From the NCBI GenBank assembly GCA_038245295.1, contig JBBRSP010000006.1, forward strand, positions 64,001 to 128,000: a DNA stretch of 64,000 nt, written 5' to 3'. This DNA comes from Candidatus Binatia bacterium. GTDB taxonomy: Bacteria; Desulfobacterota; Binatia; HRBIN30. Every line of letters starts with the position of its first letter. The first letter of the stretch is position 1. The translations under genes and the position numbers were made by a program. Shown here piece by piece: positions 45,330 through 54,406 of the stretch. Below the pieces are notes generated by a model, which saw only the letters and a list, made by a program, of their open reading frames with translations, was not told the DNA's origin and ran no database searches.

Positions 45330-47711
45330 TCAGGCTTGCGCCGCTTCCATGGCCGCGCGGCCACGCTCGACAGCAAACCTGGGCTGCAGAAGCGAAACCA
45401 TCGCGGGGATGAACACCAACGCACCGATCGCATGGAACACCATCAACATGATCAGGATGAATGCCATCTCGGCCTGGAACTTGAGCGGGAAGAACAGCCA
45501 GAAGATCACGCTGACAACCAGCGTGCTGCCGGTGAAGATGATCGCTTTGCCAGTCGTCTGGATCGCGCGTCGATTTGCCTCATCGAAGCTCGGCACGATC
45601 TCGTATTCTTCGACGATCCGACTGAGGACGTAGTATCCATAGTCGATACCGATGCCGATGCCGACCGCCGCCACCGGCAGCGAGTTGATATTGAAGTCGA
45701 TGCCCATCAAGTACATCACCGCTTCCGAAAGTGGCTGAGCCACCAGCGAGGGGATCATAACAATCAGCGCGCCGACCACCGAGCGGTAGGTCAGAAAGCT
45801 CAACAGGAATACGACGAAGAAGATCAATGGCACGTTGACGCGGTACGACCACTCCACCTCTTCGTTGGTGGCCGCCAGGATGCCCAGCAGGCCGCCGGCC
45901 AGCAGATAACGCACACTGTCGTCCTTGCCGGTATGCGCCGCGATGTACTCTTTGGCGCGCTGGATGGAGTTGTGGATGATCTCGTTGTTGTAGGTCTTGT
46001 AGAGAATGGCGATGGTGGCGTTGGTGTAGTCCGGGCTGAAGAAGCGATCCATCTCGCCGCGGCTGGTACCGGCCGTCAACAAGTAGAAAAGCTGTCCGAT
46101 GTGATCGTCCCGCGTCGGCAGCATCTCCCACTTCGGGTCGCCCTCGCGGAACGTCCGATAGATCTTCTTGAGCAGCGTCGCCGCCGTTAAACTCCCGTTC
46201 GCCCCCTCACCCTGGGTCATGTGCCGCGCGAACAGCTCGATGTTGTTGAGGGTCTTGGCGTCTTTGATCGCTTCGACCTTCTTGCCCTCTGCAATGATCA
46301 CCAGTTGGCTGGCAACACCGACGAACTTCTCATTCAGCTTGCGGAAGGCAACGTTGTACGGATGGTCATAATAGAGCAGCGCCGCACCGGGCTCGGTATC
46401 ACCGGTCTTCAGGTGATGCGCGAAGTAGAAGCCGCCGCTCATCACCACGATCAGCACTATGACCATGACGTACCGCATGTTGCCTTGGCCAAGCGCGATG
46501 AGGATTCGGCTGATGCCGCCGTAAAAACGATCCGACCAATTCTCACTCGCCGACTGCGGCTCCTTGGGTGGCCGCACATAGGTCAGGATGATCGGATGTA
46601 ACGTCACCACACTCAAGAAGATGCTGATGATCCAAAAACTGGCGACGAAGGCCAGTTTCTGCATCAACGGGATGCTGGCAACGGCTATCGTGAGAATGGC
46701 TACGCCATCAGCGACAATAGACACCATGGCCGGCGGGAATAGGGCTGTATACGAGCGTATAATCGCTTTCGTCTTGTCGTGCGTCAAATGGTACTCGTCG
46801 TGGTACCGCTCCATCGACTGTACCGAGTGACTCAGGGCGCGCGCCGTGATCAGCACGAAGACGACCAGGACCAATGGATCGAGCGTGAAACCACATAGCC
46901 CGGCAAAACCGAGCCCCCAGATGGCGCTCATCATTCCCGAGAACACCGGGATCAACACGCCCTGCGCTGAGCGAAAGTAGAACCACAGAAGCAAAATCAT
47001 GGCGACGCCGGTCGCCAGGAAGACGTAGCCCATCTTGCCGATGTACTGATTGAAGTAGGCGTACAAGACGGGCGGCCCGGCCACGTAGATCTTCACCTTG
47101 CCGTCAGCCTCTTCACGCTGCACGATTTCTTGCAGGCGAGCCCACATTTCGTTGAGGTCGAAGTACTCTTCCCAGAAGCCGGCGGTGATGAGTGTGGCTT
47201 TGTCGTCCGGCGAGACGAAGAAACCGCGCACCGCCTCGGTCGTGTAAATCTTCTGCCGCAGGAACTCCATGTCCTCTTTGTCCTGCGGTAGGCGCGGATA
47301 CATCAACGGCACCACCTTGATGCCGGAACCCGAGGTCAGCGTGGTCTTCAGCTTGGGATGGGTGATCGAAATCACCTGCTCGCCGTTGACGCCCGGGACC
47401 TTGTGCAACAGGTCGAGCGTAATGCGATCGATCTTGGCGATTACCTCTGGATCATCGAAAATCGTCCCCTTGGTCGTCTCCAAGACCATGATCAACTGAT
47501 TGGCCGAGCCGAACATGGAGCGGTACTTGATGTACAGCTGAATGTACGGGTGCTTTGGCGGCATCAGGTCGAAGAAACTGGTGAAGATCGACAGCTTCGT
47601 GGCGGTAAACCAGACGAAGAACAGGGTGCCGATGGTAACCGCGATCGACACGCCAACCCGTCGGCGCAGCAAGAAGTGTAGATACCCTTCGATCCAACTC
47701 TTCGGTAGCAT
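45330..47711 (-). CDS. MMPL/RND-family transporter
   Basis: Two repeats of TM + large loop + 5 TM; ITARALSHSVQ (TM4) and GIGIGIDYGYY (TM10); TTGKAI. Confidence 0.92.
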   Translation of the reverse strand: MLPKSWIEGYLHFLLRRRVGVSIAVTIGTLFFVWFTATKLSIFTSFFDLMPPKHPYIQLYIKYRSMFGSANQLIMVLETTKGTIFDDPEVIAKIDRITLDLLHKVPGVNGEQVISITHPKLKTTLTSGSGIKVVPLMYPRLPQDKEDMEFLRQKIYTTEAVRGFFVSPDDKATLITAGFWEEYFDLNEMWARLQEIVQREEADGKVKIYVAGPPVLYAYFNQYIGKMGYVFLATGVAMILLLWFYFRSAQGVLIPVFSGMMSAIWGLGFAGLCGFTLDPLVLVVFVLITARALSHSVQSMERYHDEYHLTHDKTKAIIRSYTALFPPAMVSIVADGVAILTIAVASIPLMQKLAFVASFWIISIFLSVVTLHPIILTYVRPPKEPQSASENWSDRFYGGISRILIALGQGNMRYVMVIVLIVVMSGGFYFAHHLKTGDTEPGAALLYYDHPYNVAFRKLNEKFVGVASQLVIIAEGKKVEAIKDAKTLNNIELFARHMTQGEGANGSLTAATLLKKIYRTFREGDPKWEMLPTRDDHIGQLFYLLTAGTSRGEMDRFFSPDYTNATIAILYKTYNNEIIHNSIQRAKEYIAAHTGKDDSVRYLLAGGLLGILAATNEEVEWSYRVNVPLIFFVVFLLSFLTYRSVVGALIVMIPSLVAQPLSEAVMYLMGIDFNINSLPVAAVGIGIGIDYGYYVLSRIVEEYEIVPSFDEANRRAIQTTGKAIIFTGSTLVVSVIFWLFFPLKFQAEMAFILIMLMVFHAIGALVFIPAMVSLLQPRFAVERGRAAMEAAQA

Positions 47712-48736
47712 CAGCTTTTCCCAGGCCCCTTGAGATGTTCGCCGTCGACGCGAATGGTGAGCCCGTTGGCGCCGACAAACATTCCGCTACCATCCGGTGC
47801 GAGTGACATGCCGCGAATCCAGCTCAGGTTCCATTCGCCTGGAACCTCCTGGCGCACCCATGTCTGCCCACCATCCTTCGTCAAAAAGACACTGCCGATA
47901 TCGCCGACGGCAAAGCCGATCTGGCCGTGCACGGAGATGCCATACAAACTGGCGTTCTCGAGCGCTTCGGCGACACCTACCTGCTCGAGCGCGTTGACCT
48001 CGGCCTTGCCACGCAAGACGCTCCAATGTTGACCACCGTCGTCGGTTTTGAGAATCAGCCCGTCGAGCCCGCAGGCCCAGCCGTGCTGGGCATCATTGAA
48101 GTGAACATCGAAAAGGGTCTTTTCAACGCCGCTCGGCTGGTCCTGCCAGGTCTTGCCGCCATCCACCGTGTGCACGATGGCGCCAAGCTCACCGACCACC
48201 CAACCCTGGGTCGCACTGACCCATGCCTGCCCGTAGAGGATGACGTCGCGGTCCAGGGTGTGATCCTTCCAGGTCTTGCCCCCGTCGTCGGTGGCCAAGA
48301 TTGCCCCCCAGTCGCCGACCGCCCAGGCATGCTGAGCGTCGAGAGCCGCGACATTGAAGAGGTGTTTGTCGCTCCCCGTCGTCTGGCGCTCCCAGGTGTC
48401 GCCGCCGTTGCCGGTGTGCAACATCACGCCAGTACGGCCGACGATCCAACCGTTTGAAGTATCGGCAAAGCCGACACCAAACAGCTGCTCGACGGTCCCC
48501 GAGCTCTGCGCCTGCCAGGTCTGCGCTCCGTCGCGGGTACGAAAGATCGACCCAAAGGCACCGACGGCAAAACCCTGATCGTGGTTGATGAAGTAAGTCG
48601 CGTAGAGATGGTCGATGATCCGGCCACCTTCGCCGGCCGCAGGGATCACGCCCACGGCACTCGCCACTGCAACGAGAAAGGCGGCACACGCCGAGGTAAG
48701 CCGCCGACTCAATCTGACACGGTCGTCCGACACCAA
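47711..48736 (-). CDS. YCF48/BNR-repeat beta-propeller protein
   Basis: Signal peptide; repeated VGxxGxIxxTxDGGxTW Asp-box units. TGATG overlap with the MMPL start. Confidence 0.9.
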   Translation of the reverse strand: MVSDDRVRLSRRLTSACAAFLVAVASAVGVIPAAGEGGRIIDHLYATYFINHDQGFAVGAFGSIFRTRDGAQTWQAQSSGTVEQLFGVGFADTSNGWIVGRTGVMLHTGNGGDTWERQTTGSDKHLFNVAALDAQHAWAVGDWGAILATDDGGKTWKDHTLDRDVILYGQAWVSATQGWVVGELGAIVHTVDGGKTWQDQPSGVEKTLFDVHFNDAQHGWACGLDGLILKTDDGGQHWSVLRGKAEVNALEQVGVAEALENASLYGISVHGQIGFAVGDIGSVFLTKDGGQTWVRQEVPGEWNLSWIRGMSLAPDGSGMFVGANGLTIRVDGEHLKGPGKS

Positions 48737-48791
48737 ATCTCTAATCTCCGACTCAAAGATGCGGCCTTATAGGTTGGTCCGTCCGAACGAG

Positions 48792-48807
48792 TCAACCAAT
48801 CGTTTGA
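48792..48807. promoter_or_regulatory. Imperfect palindrome overlapping the -35 of the YCF48-MMPL operon promoter
   Basis: TCAACCAATCGTTTGA (12/16 self-complementary) overlaps a minus-strand TTGACT, with TATAAG 18 nt downstream. Confidence 0.45.
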
Positions 48808-48996
48808 TTCAATGCGGCAATCTGGCGAATCGGGCCACTCCGCCGCCGAGACCGTCGGCGGTTACGCTGGAGTTGTCACTCGGGCCGTGAAGCCAAAGAC
48901 ACTTACCCTGCCCGACCACACTCTCCACCGAGATACGGCCGCCCGGTCGCTTTCACGAGCTGCGCACAGCTCGGCGCGCCAGAGCCTGTCTTGGGG

Positions 48997-49965
48997 CTAT
49001 GGAATCAGCAATACCCGCCCGAAGGCCTCGCGGCTCTCGACATAGGCATGCGCCGCCGCGGCGTCGGCGAGTGGGTATTCGCGGTCGACGATCACTTTGA
49101 GATCGCCGCGCGCAATGTCGTTCAGGTGTCGCGCGATCATCGGATGCACCCGCGCGTAATTGAGCATCAGCTCGGCACCGAGGAAGATGCCGGTGATGCT
49201 CTTGTTGCCCGGTCGCAACGCATCGAGGTTCGGTTGAAACGCATCGCGGCCGGCAGAACCGACGTAGCTGATGCGGCCGCGATACGCGGCGGCAGCAATG
49301 CTTCCTTCCAGGGTCTTGCCACCCACTGAATCGACCGTCACGTCGGCCCCATGGCCACCGGTGATTTCGTGCACCGCCGCCACGAAGTCGCGGCTGCGAT
49401 AGTTGATTCCATGGTCGAGACCAAGCACTTTGAGACGATCGAGCTTGCTGTCCTTCGAAGCGGTCGCAAGCACCGTGGCACCGGCGCGCTTCGCCAATTG
49501 GATCGCGGCAATGCCGACGCCGCCGGCGCCGGCTTGGATCAGCGCCGTCTCGCCTTGGCGTAAACGGCCGAACTCGAACAAGCAGTCATCGGCCGTACCG
49601 AACGGAATCGGCACACACGCGGCAAGCTTCAGATCGAGTGCATCGGGCACGACCCAGGTGGTCAGCGCCGAAACCGCCACCAACTCGGCGTGCGAGCCGT
49701 GCATCATAATCGCCACGACGCGCTGCCCGATGCTACGACCTTGCACCTGCGAACCAACCTGCCGCACGATGCCGGCACATTGGTAGCCGACAATATGCGG
49801 GCGCGATGCCATCTCGCCGCCTGAGCGATGCAACGTGTCGCCGCCTTCGATGCTGATCGCTTTGACCTCGATGAGCACCGCGTCAGAGGCGCAGATCGGA
49901 CCCTCAACCGTCTCGTAGCGGAACACCTCTGGACCACCGGTCTGGTAATACACTGCGGCCTTCAT
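48997..49965 (-). CDS. NADPH:quinone oxidoreductase-type (zinc-independent MDR) oxidoreductase
   Basis: MKAAVYYQTGGPEVF, QAGAGGVGIAAIQLAK, DSVGG, AHAYVESREAFGRVLL. GAGGAGG RBS 6 nt before ATG 49965. Confidence 0.9.
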   Translation of the reverse strand: MKAAVYYQTGGPEVFRYETVEGPICASDAVLIEVKAISIEGGDTLHRSGGEMASRPHIVGYQCAGIVRQVGSQVQGRSIGQRVVAIMMHGSHAELVAVSALTTWVVPDALDLKLAACVPIPFGTADDCLFEFGRLRQGETALIQAGAGGVGIAAIQLAKRAGATVLATASKDSKLDRLKVLGLDHGINYRSRDFVAAVHEITGGHGADVTVDSVGGKTLEGSIAAAAYRGRISYVGSAGRDAFQPNLDALRPGNKSITGIFLGAELMLNYARVHPMIARHLNDIARGDLKVIVDREYPLADAAAAHAYVESREAFGRVLLIP

Positions 49966-50068
49966 CGGCATCCTCCTCGTCGCTCGATCGAAACGGACCA
50001 TACACAGTGACGCGGAAGATTTCGACGCTTGCGCCGGCGGGTGAATTGGCGCAAATGGCCGAACCATT

Positions 50069-53000
50069 GTGGTGACAACCTGCGCGCACTGCCGGCACGA
50101 GAACTCAACGACGGCGAAGTTCTGCCAGGAGTGCGGCACCGCATTACGCCCAACGGCGCAACCGACCTCCTCGGATCCGCGATCGTACACGCCACGCCAT
50201 CTCGCTGAGAAGATCCTGACGCGCCGCAGTGCGCTGGAAGGTGAACGCAAACAAGTGACCGTGTTGTTCGCCGACGTCAAAGGCTCGCTCGAGCTGGCGG
50301 AGCAACTCGACCCCGAGGAGTGGCACCACATCATGGAACGCTTCTTCGCCATCCTCACCGCCGGCGTTCATCGTTTCGAAGGCACAATCAATCAGTACAC
50401 CGGCGACGGCATCATGGCGCTTTTCGGGGCGCCGCTGGCGCACGAAGATCACGCCCAGCGAGCCTGCTACGCGGCGCTGCAGATGCGCGAGACGTTACGC
50501 GCCTATGCGGACGACCTGCGCCGCGACGCCGGGCTCAACTTCTCGGTGCGTATGGGTCTGAACTCCGGAGAGGTTGTGGTCGGGAAGATCGGCGACGACC
50601 TACGCATGGACTACACCGCACAGGGCCACGCCGTCGGACTGGCCGCCCGCATGGAACAGCTGGCCGAGCCGGGAACCGTCCTACTCACGGAGAACACCGC
50701 AAGACTTGTGTCGGGCTATGTCCAGCTGCGTGACTTAGGCGCTTCTCGACTCAAGGGCGTGAGCGAGCCGCTGCACGTCTATCGACTCGAAGCGATCGGC
50801 GCGGTGCAAACACGCCTCGATCTCAGCCGGGCCCGCGGCTTTTCGCACTTTGTCGGGCGTGACGCCGAGATGACCGCGCTCGAACAAGCCCTCGAACGCA
50901 CGATGGCCGGCCAGGGCGAGGCCATCGGCATCGTCGCCGAGGCGGGTGCCGGCAAGAGCCGTCTCTGCTTCGAGTTCATCAAACACTGCCGACGCCACGG
51001 CCTGGAGGTGCTTGTCGCCTCGGGCGTCCCACATGGCCGATCAGTGCCGTTCCTGCCCGTATTGCAGATCATGCGCGGCTTGTGCGGTATCACGGAACGC
51101 GAGGCGGGAGACGAAGCACGCCGCAAGATCGCCGGAGCGCTGCTGATGCGTGACGAGGCGTTCCGCAACGACCTGCCGCTGTTGTTCGACTTCCTCGGCG
51201 TACCCGACCCGACCCTGCCGAGTCCGCGCCTCGAGCCCGAGGCATTGCAACGACGGCTGTTCGGCGCCATCCAGCGTCTCATCTACACGCGCACCCACGG
51301 CGATGCCGCGGTCTTGTTGTTCGAGGACTTGCACTGGATCGATGGCGCCAGTGCCGCAGCCCTCGAGAGCCTCATCGACACCGTACCGCGGACACGCACG
51401 CTGCTGCTTATGAACTTTCGCCCCGACTACCGTGCCAAGTGGATGACACGCCCCTTCTATCGGCAAGTAGCCTTGCACCCACTCGATCACGTCGCCACGG
51501 CGGCCCTTGCGGCCGAGCTTCTGGGCGCGGATCCTCGTCTCGGTGCCTTGGCTCAACGCATCCGCGAGCGCGCCGCCGGCAATCCGTTCTTCCTCGAGGA
51601 GATGATTCAAACCTTGGCAGAGACAGGAGCCCTCATCGGCACGCGCGGCGCTTACCAACCGGGCGGCCTCGCCACCGAGGCGGCACTTCCACCCACCGTG
51701 CAAGCAGCGATCGACGCCCGCATCGACCGGCTCTCAGAGCATGAAAAGGAAGTTATCCAGGCCGCCGCGGTGATCGGCAGGGAGTTCGCCACACCGGTGT
51801 TGGAGCGGGTTGTCGACGTCACGACGTCGGAGCTCTCGGCGACCCTGGAGGCGCTCGTCCATGCCGAGTTCGTGTATCCACTCGCCTTGTTCCCGGAGGA
51901 CGTGCACGCCTTCAAACATCCCTTGACGCAGGAAGTGGCGTATCGCTCGCAGCTGAGTGAACGGCGTGCTCAGCTTCACGCCGCCGTCGCACACGCCATC
52001 GAGGTCTTGTACCCAGACCGGCTCGACGAAAAGGCCGCCTTACTCGCGCAACATTGGGAGGCGGCGGGCGATATCGGCGCAGCGGCACAATGGCACAGCC
52101 GCGCCGCCGTGTGGGTCGGGGCACGCGACCGCGGTGAGATGTTACGTCACTGGCAACAAGTGCGCGCCTTGCTCGATCGTCTTCCCGTCACCGCCGACAC
52201 GTTGAGACCGCGTCTCCTGGCGCGTATCCAGATGATCCACAACCGGCTTTTCCTTGGCCGCGTCGTCGCCGAGGCCGCGACGCTGTTTCAAGAAGGAGTG
52301 GCGCTGGCCACGCAGCTCGAGGATCCGATGCTGCATGTCTGGTTACTCGGCGTCTACGCGATGGCACAACAGCAGAGCGGCGCCTTGCTCGAAGGTCTGA
52401 AAGTCGCCGAAGAAGGTGTGCGGCGCGCCGACGCCACCACCAGCAACTTACTGCGCTTGATGATCCGGGTTTCGTACTCGTGGATCCTCTTGCAACTGGG
52501 CCGATTGCACGAGGTTGTCGCAGTGAGCGATGAGGCGGTGCGCCTGGCCAACGATGATCCGAATGCCGGGGCCGAGCTGATTGGCTTCAGTCCTTTGGGG
52601 AGTATCCTGACCTTACGCGCCGCGGCCCTCGCGTTCATCGGGCGCTTCGCCGAGGCGCGCCGCGCGATCACCGAAGCGATGGCGATTGGTGAACAATTCA
52701 ACGACGCCGAGGTGCTCACGTGGGCCCACGCCTGGGGTGTGCATATCAGCGACTTGGCAGGGGATCTCGTCGCCGCGCTGCATCATGGACGCCGCGGGGC
52801 GGAGTTTGGCGACGCCACCAGGAGCACCGGCCTGCGGGCGAGCGCGTTCATCGAGCTGGCGCGCGCGTATGTCCTCAACCGCCAGTTCGATCTGGCAGAG
52901 GCCGCCCTCGCTGAGGCATGTTCCAAGATCCCAGCCGACAGCCAACCTGACGACCCGCTGTACTTCATCGTCCTGGCTCGCACACACCTCGGACTCGGCA

Positions 53001-53335
53001 ATCCAGAGAAAGCGTGGGCAGCAGCTGAGAGCGCCGTAACCTGCGCAGCCCCGAACGCGACACTCAGCCTCGGAGCGCGACGCATCCGTGTCGAGGTTGG
53101 CGTGTCGCAGGGACTGGGTCGCGCCGCCGAAATCGAAGCTGACCTCGATGTCATGCTCGACCTGATCAAGACGACGCAGTCACACGCCTTGCTGCCGTTC
53201 GTGCACGAAGGACGCGCCGGCCTGGCGCTTCTGCGCGGTGATGCCGGAGACCAACAACGCGAGACTCGAGAAGCGCGACGCCTTTTCCAGGAGCTCGGCG
53301 CAAGCGGCCACGTCGAGCGGCTGGCTTCACGTTGA
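50069..53335 (+). CDS. Zinc ribbon + class III nucleotide cyclase + STAND ATPase + TPR protein
   Basis: CAHC...CQEC; VLFADVKGS and TGDGIMALFG; Walker A AEAGAGKS; Walker B LLFEDLHW; GNPFFLEE; helical repeats. Confidence 0.92.
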   Translation: MVTTCAHCRHENSTTAKFCQECGTALRPTAQPTSSDPRSYTPRHLAEKILTRRSALEGERKQVTVLFADVKGSLELAEQLDPEEWHHIMERFFAILTAGVHRFEGTINQYTGDGIMALFGAPLAHEDHAQRACYAALQMRETLRAYADDLRRDAGLNFSVRMGLNSGEVVVGKIGDDLRMDYTAQGHAVGLAARMEQLAEPGTVLLTENTARLVSGYVQLRDLGASRLKGVSEPLHVYRLEAIGAVQTRLDLSRARGFSHFVGRDAEMTALEQALERTMAGQGEAIGIVAEAGAGKSRLCFEFIKHCRRHGLEVLVASGVPHGRSVPFLPVLQIMRGLCGITEREAGDEARRKIAGALLMRDEAFRNDLPLLFDFLGVPDPTLPSPRLEPEALQRRLFGAIQRLIYTRTHGDAAVLLFEDLHWIDGASAAALESLIDTVPRTRTLLLMNFRPDYRAKWMTRPFYRQVALHPLDHVATAALAAELLGADPRLGALAQRIRERAAGNPFFLEEMIQTLAETGALIGTRGAYQPGGLATEAALPPTVQAAIDARIDRLSEHEKEVIQAAAVIGREFATPVLERVVDVTTSELSATLEALVHAEFVYPLALFPEDVHAFKHPLTQEVAYRSQLSERRAQLHAAVAHAIEVLYPDRLDEKAALLAQHWEAAGDIGAAAQWHSRAAVWVGARDRGEMLRHWQQVRALLDRLPVTADTLRPRLLARIQMIHNRLFLGRVVAEAATLFQEGVALATQLEDPMLHVWLLGVYAMAQQQSGALLEGLKVAEEGVRRADATTSNLLRLMIRVSYSWILLQLGRLHEVVAVSDEAVRLANDDPNAGAELIGFSPLGSILTLRAAALAFIGRFAEARRAITEAMAIGEQFNDAEVLTWAHAWGVHISDLAGDLVAALHHGRRGAEFGDATRSTGLRASAFIELARAYVLNRQFDLAEAALAEACSKIPADSQPDDPLYFIVLARTHLGLGNPEKAWAAAESAVTCAAPNATLSLGARRIRVEVGVSQGLGRAAEIEADLDVMLDLIKTTQSHALLPFVHEGRAGLALLRGDAGDQQRETREARRLFQELGASGHVERLASR

Positions 53336-53564
53336 CATCAACCTCGACAGATTGCGGCGCGCCGACCGCAGCCCGCTGCTCCGCGGCACCTCTGGCCTGA
53401 TAACCGCACCTTGACAGAGAGCCGGCAAGGGCGGAGAGTCCAACCTCACGTTCTGCCCGAACGCTGAGGGTTCGACGACCCTCCGATCGAAAAGCGTACG
53501 AGCCCTTTCGGGAGCCTTACTCCCCGCAACTCTGGCAGGTTTCATTGCCGCCACGAGGGCTCAC

Positions 53565-53780
53565 ATGACCAAGGATTTTCGTCAAAGATTGCGCCAAGGC
53601 TCTCAGTGGCTACGCCAGCTTCCGGGCCGTATACGCGCCACCTTTGCGCTCGGTCTGCCGCGCGCGAAAAGCGAAGAGGATCTGACAAACAGCCGGCATA
53701 ACCAGGCGCGCAACCAGTTCTGGACGGCCCTGCGTGAAGGGCAGCGCGAAGCCGACGGGCATTCGAGGCGAGACACTTGA
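53565..53780 (+). CDS. Hypothetical 71-aa basic protein
   Basis: GAGGG RBS before ATG; co-oriented with the two following small ORFs; no recognised motif. Confidence 0.45.
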   Translation: MTKDFRQRLRQGSQWLRQLPGRIRATFALGLPRAKSEEDLTNSRHNQARNQFWTALREGQREADGHSRRDT

Positions 53781-53811
53781 CCGCGCGCGACAGAACAGGG
53801 AGGCCGCGGTG

Positions 53812-54018
53812 ATGCGAGCAGCCCCGGAACGCAGCCGATGCGAGAACCTCAATCATCAACGATCGACGGCCCCCGTGCGTCATTGCCCGGGATGTGGCGG
53901 AGTCGTCAATCAGGGGATCGACAGCAAGTCGTGCAGCGAAACGCTTCATGCGACGGCACGCCGGCAACGCGCTGCCTACTGTGTCGATTGCGGCGCTCAG
54001 CTGATTTTCGATCGTTAG
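53812..54018 (+). CDS. 68-aa double zinc-finger microprotein
   Basis: AGGGAGG RBS; two tandem C-x4-H-x9/10-C-x2-C-G units (CENLNH...CPGCG; CSETLH...CVDCG). Confidence 0.7.
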   Translation: MRAAPERSRCENLNHQRSTAPVRHCPGCGGVVNQGIDSKSCSETLHATARRQRAAYCVDCGAQLIFDR

Positions 54019-54116
54019 CGGCGCTGCCGTGCCTCGCGTCACACGGGGCGCGGCAAGCAGAAGACGCCTTCTCAAGCATCTCAGAACGAGTAAGTTAGAA
54101 GAAAGGAAGATCGAAC

Positions 54117-54239
54117 ATGGGCGATAAATCTCCGAAGTCGGTGCGTAAACAAGAAAACCAGAAGCAGGTAAAAACGAACGCCGCGGACCAAAAGAAGGCC
54201 CAAGCTACGGCGGCCAAGAAGGTCGTCGGGAAGCGCTAG
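54117..54239 (+). CDS. 40-aa Lys/Gln-rich microprotein
   Basis: Not in the ORF track. MGDKSPKSVRKQENQKQVKTNAADQKKAQATAAKKVVGKR*; GAAAGGAAG RBS in an A-rich leader. Confidence 0.75.
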   Translation: MGDKSPKSVRKQENQKQVKTNAADQKKAQATAAKKVVGKR

Positions 54240-54406
54240 GCGGCCTGCTGGCGCAACACCCGACGATTCTCCCCCGACGCCATCGTGGCGCCGGCTGAGT
54301 AGATTGAAAAGATCGGAGTCCACGATGCCGAGATAACGACCACAGTGTCCACTCGAGCTCCGTCGCTCGCACGATCGAGCTCGATTCACCGAGCGGAGAG
54401 GCAGAA

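Noticed and set aside
49966..50358. N-terminal extension of the quinone oxidoreductase ORF (453 aa in the track)
   Set aside because: Overlaps the divergent cyclase gene; a strong RBS and the family N-terminus are at 49965.
53464..53486. GAGGGTTCGACGACCCTC resembling a tRNA T-arm or att site
   Set aside because: Loop length is wrong, and there is no D-arm, anticodon arm, CCA end or nearby integrase.
53510..53535. CCCCGCAACT (cobalamin-riboswitch-like) and reverse-strand GGGGAGTA (yybP-ykoY-like) fragments
   Set aside because: The other conserved elements of both riboswitches are missing, and the yybP-like piece points away from any gene start.
53533..53548. TGGCAG...TTGC sigma54-like site, and similar near-matches upstream of pilM
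   Set aside because: GG-to-GC spacing is 11 nt (9 or 11 near pilM) rather than the required 10.
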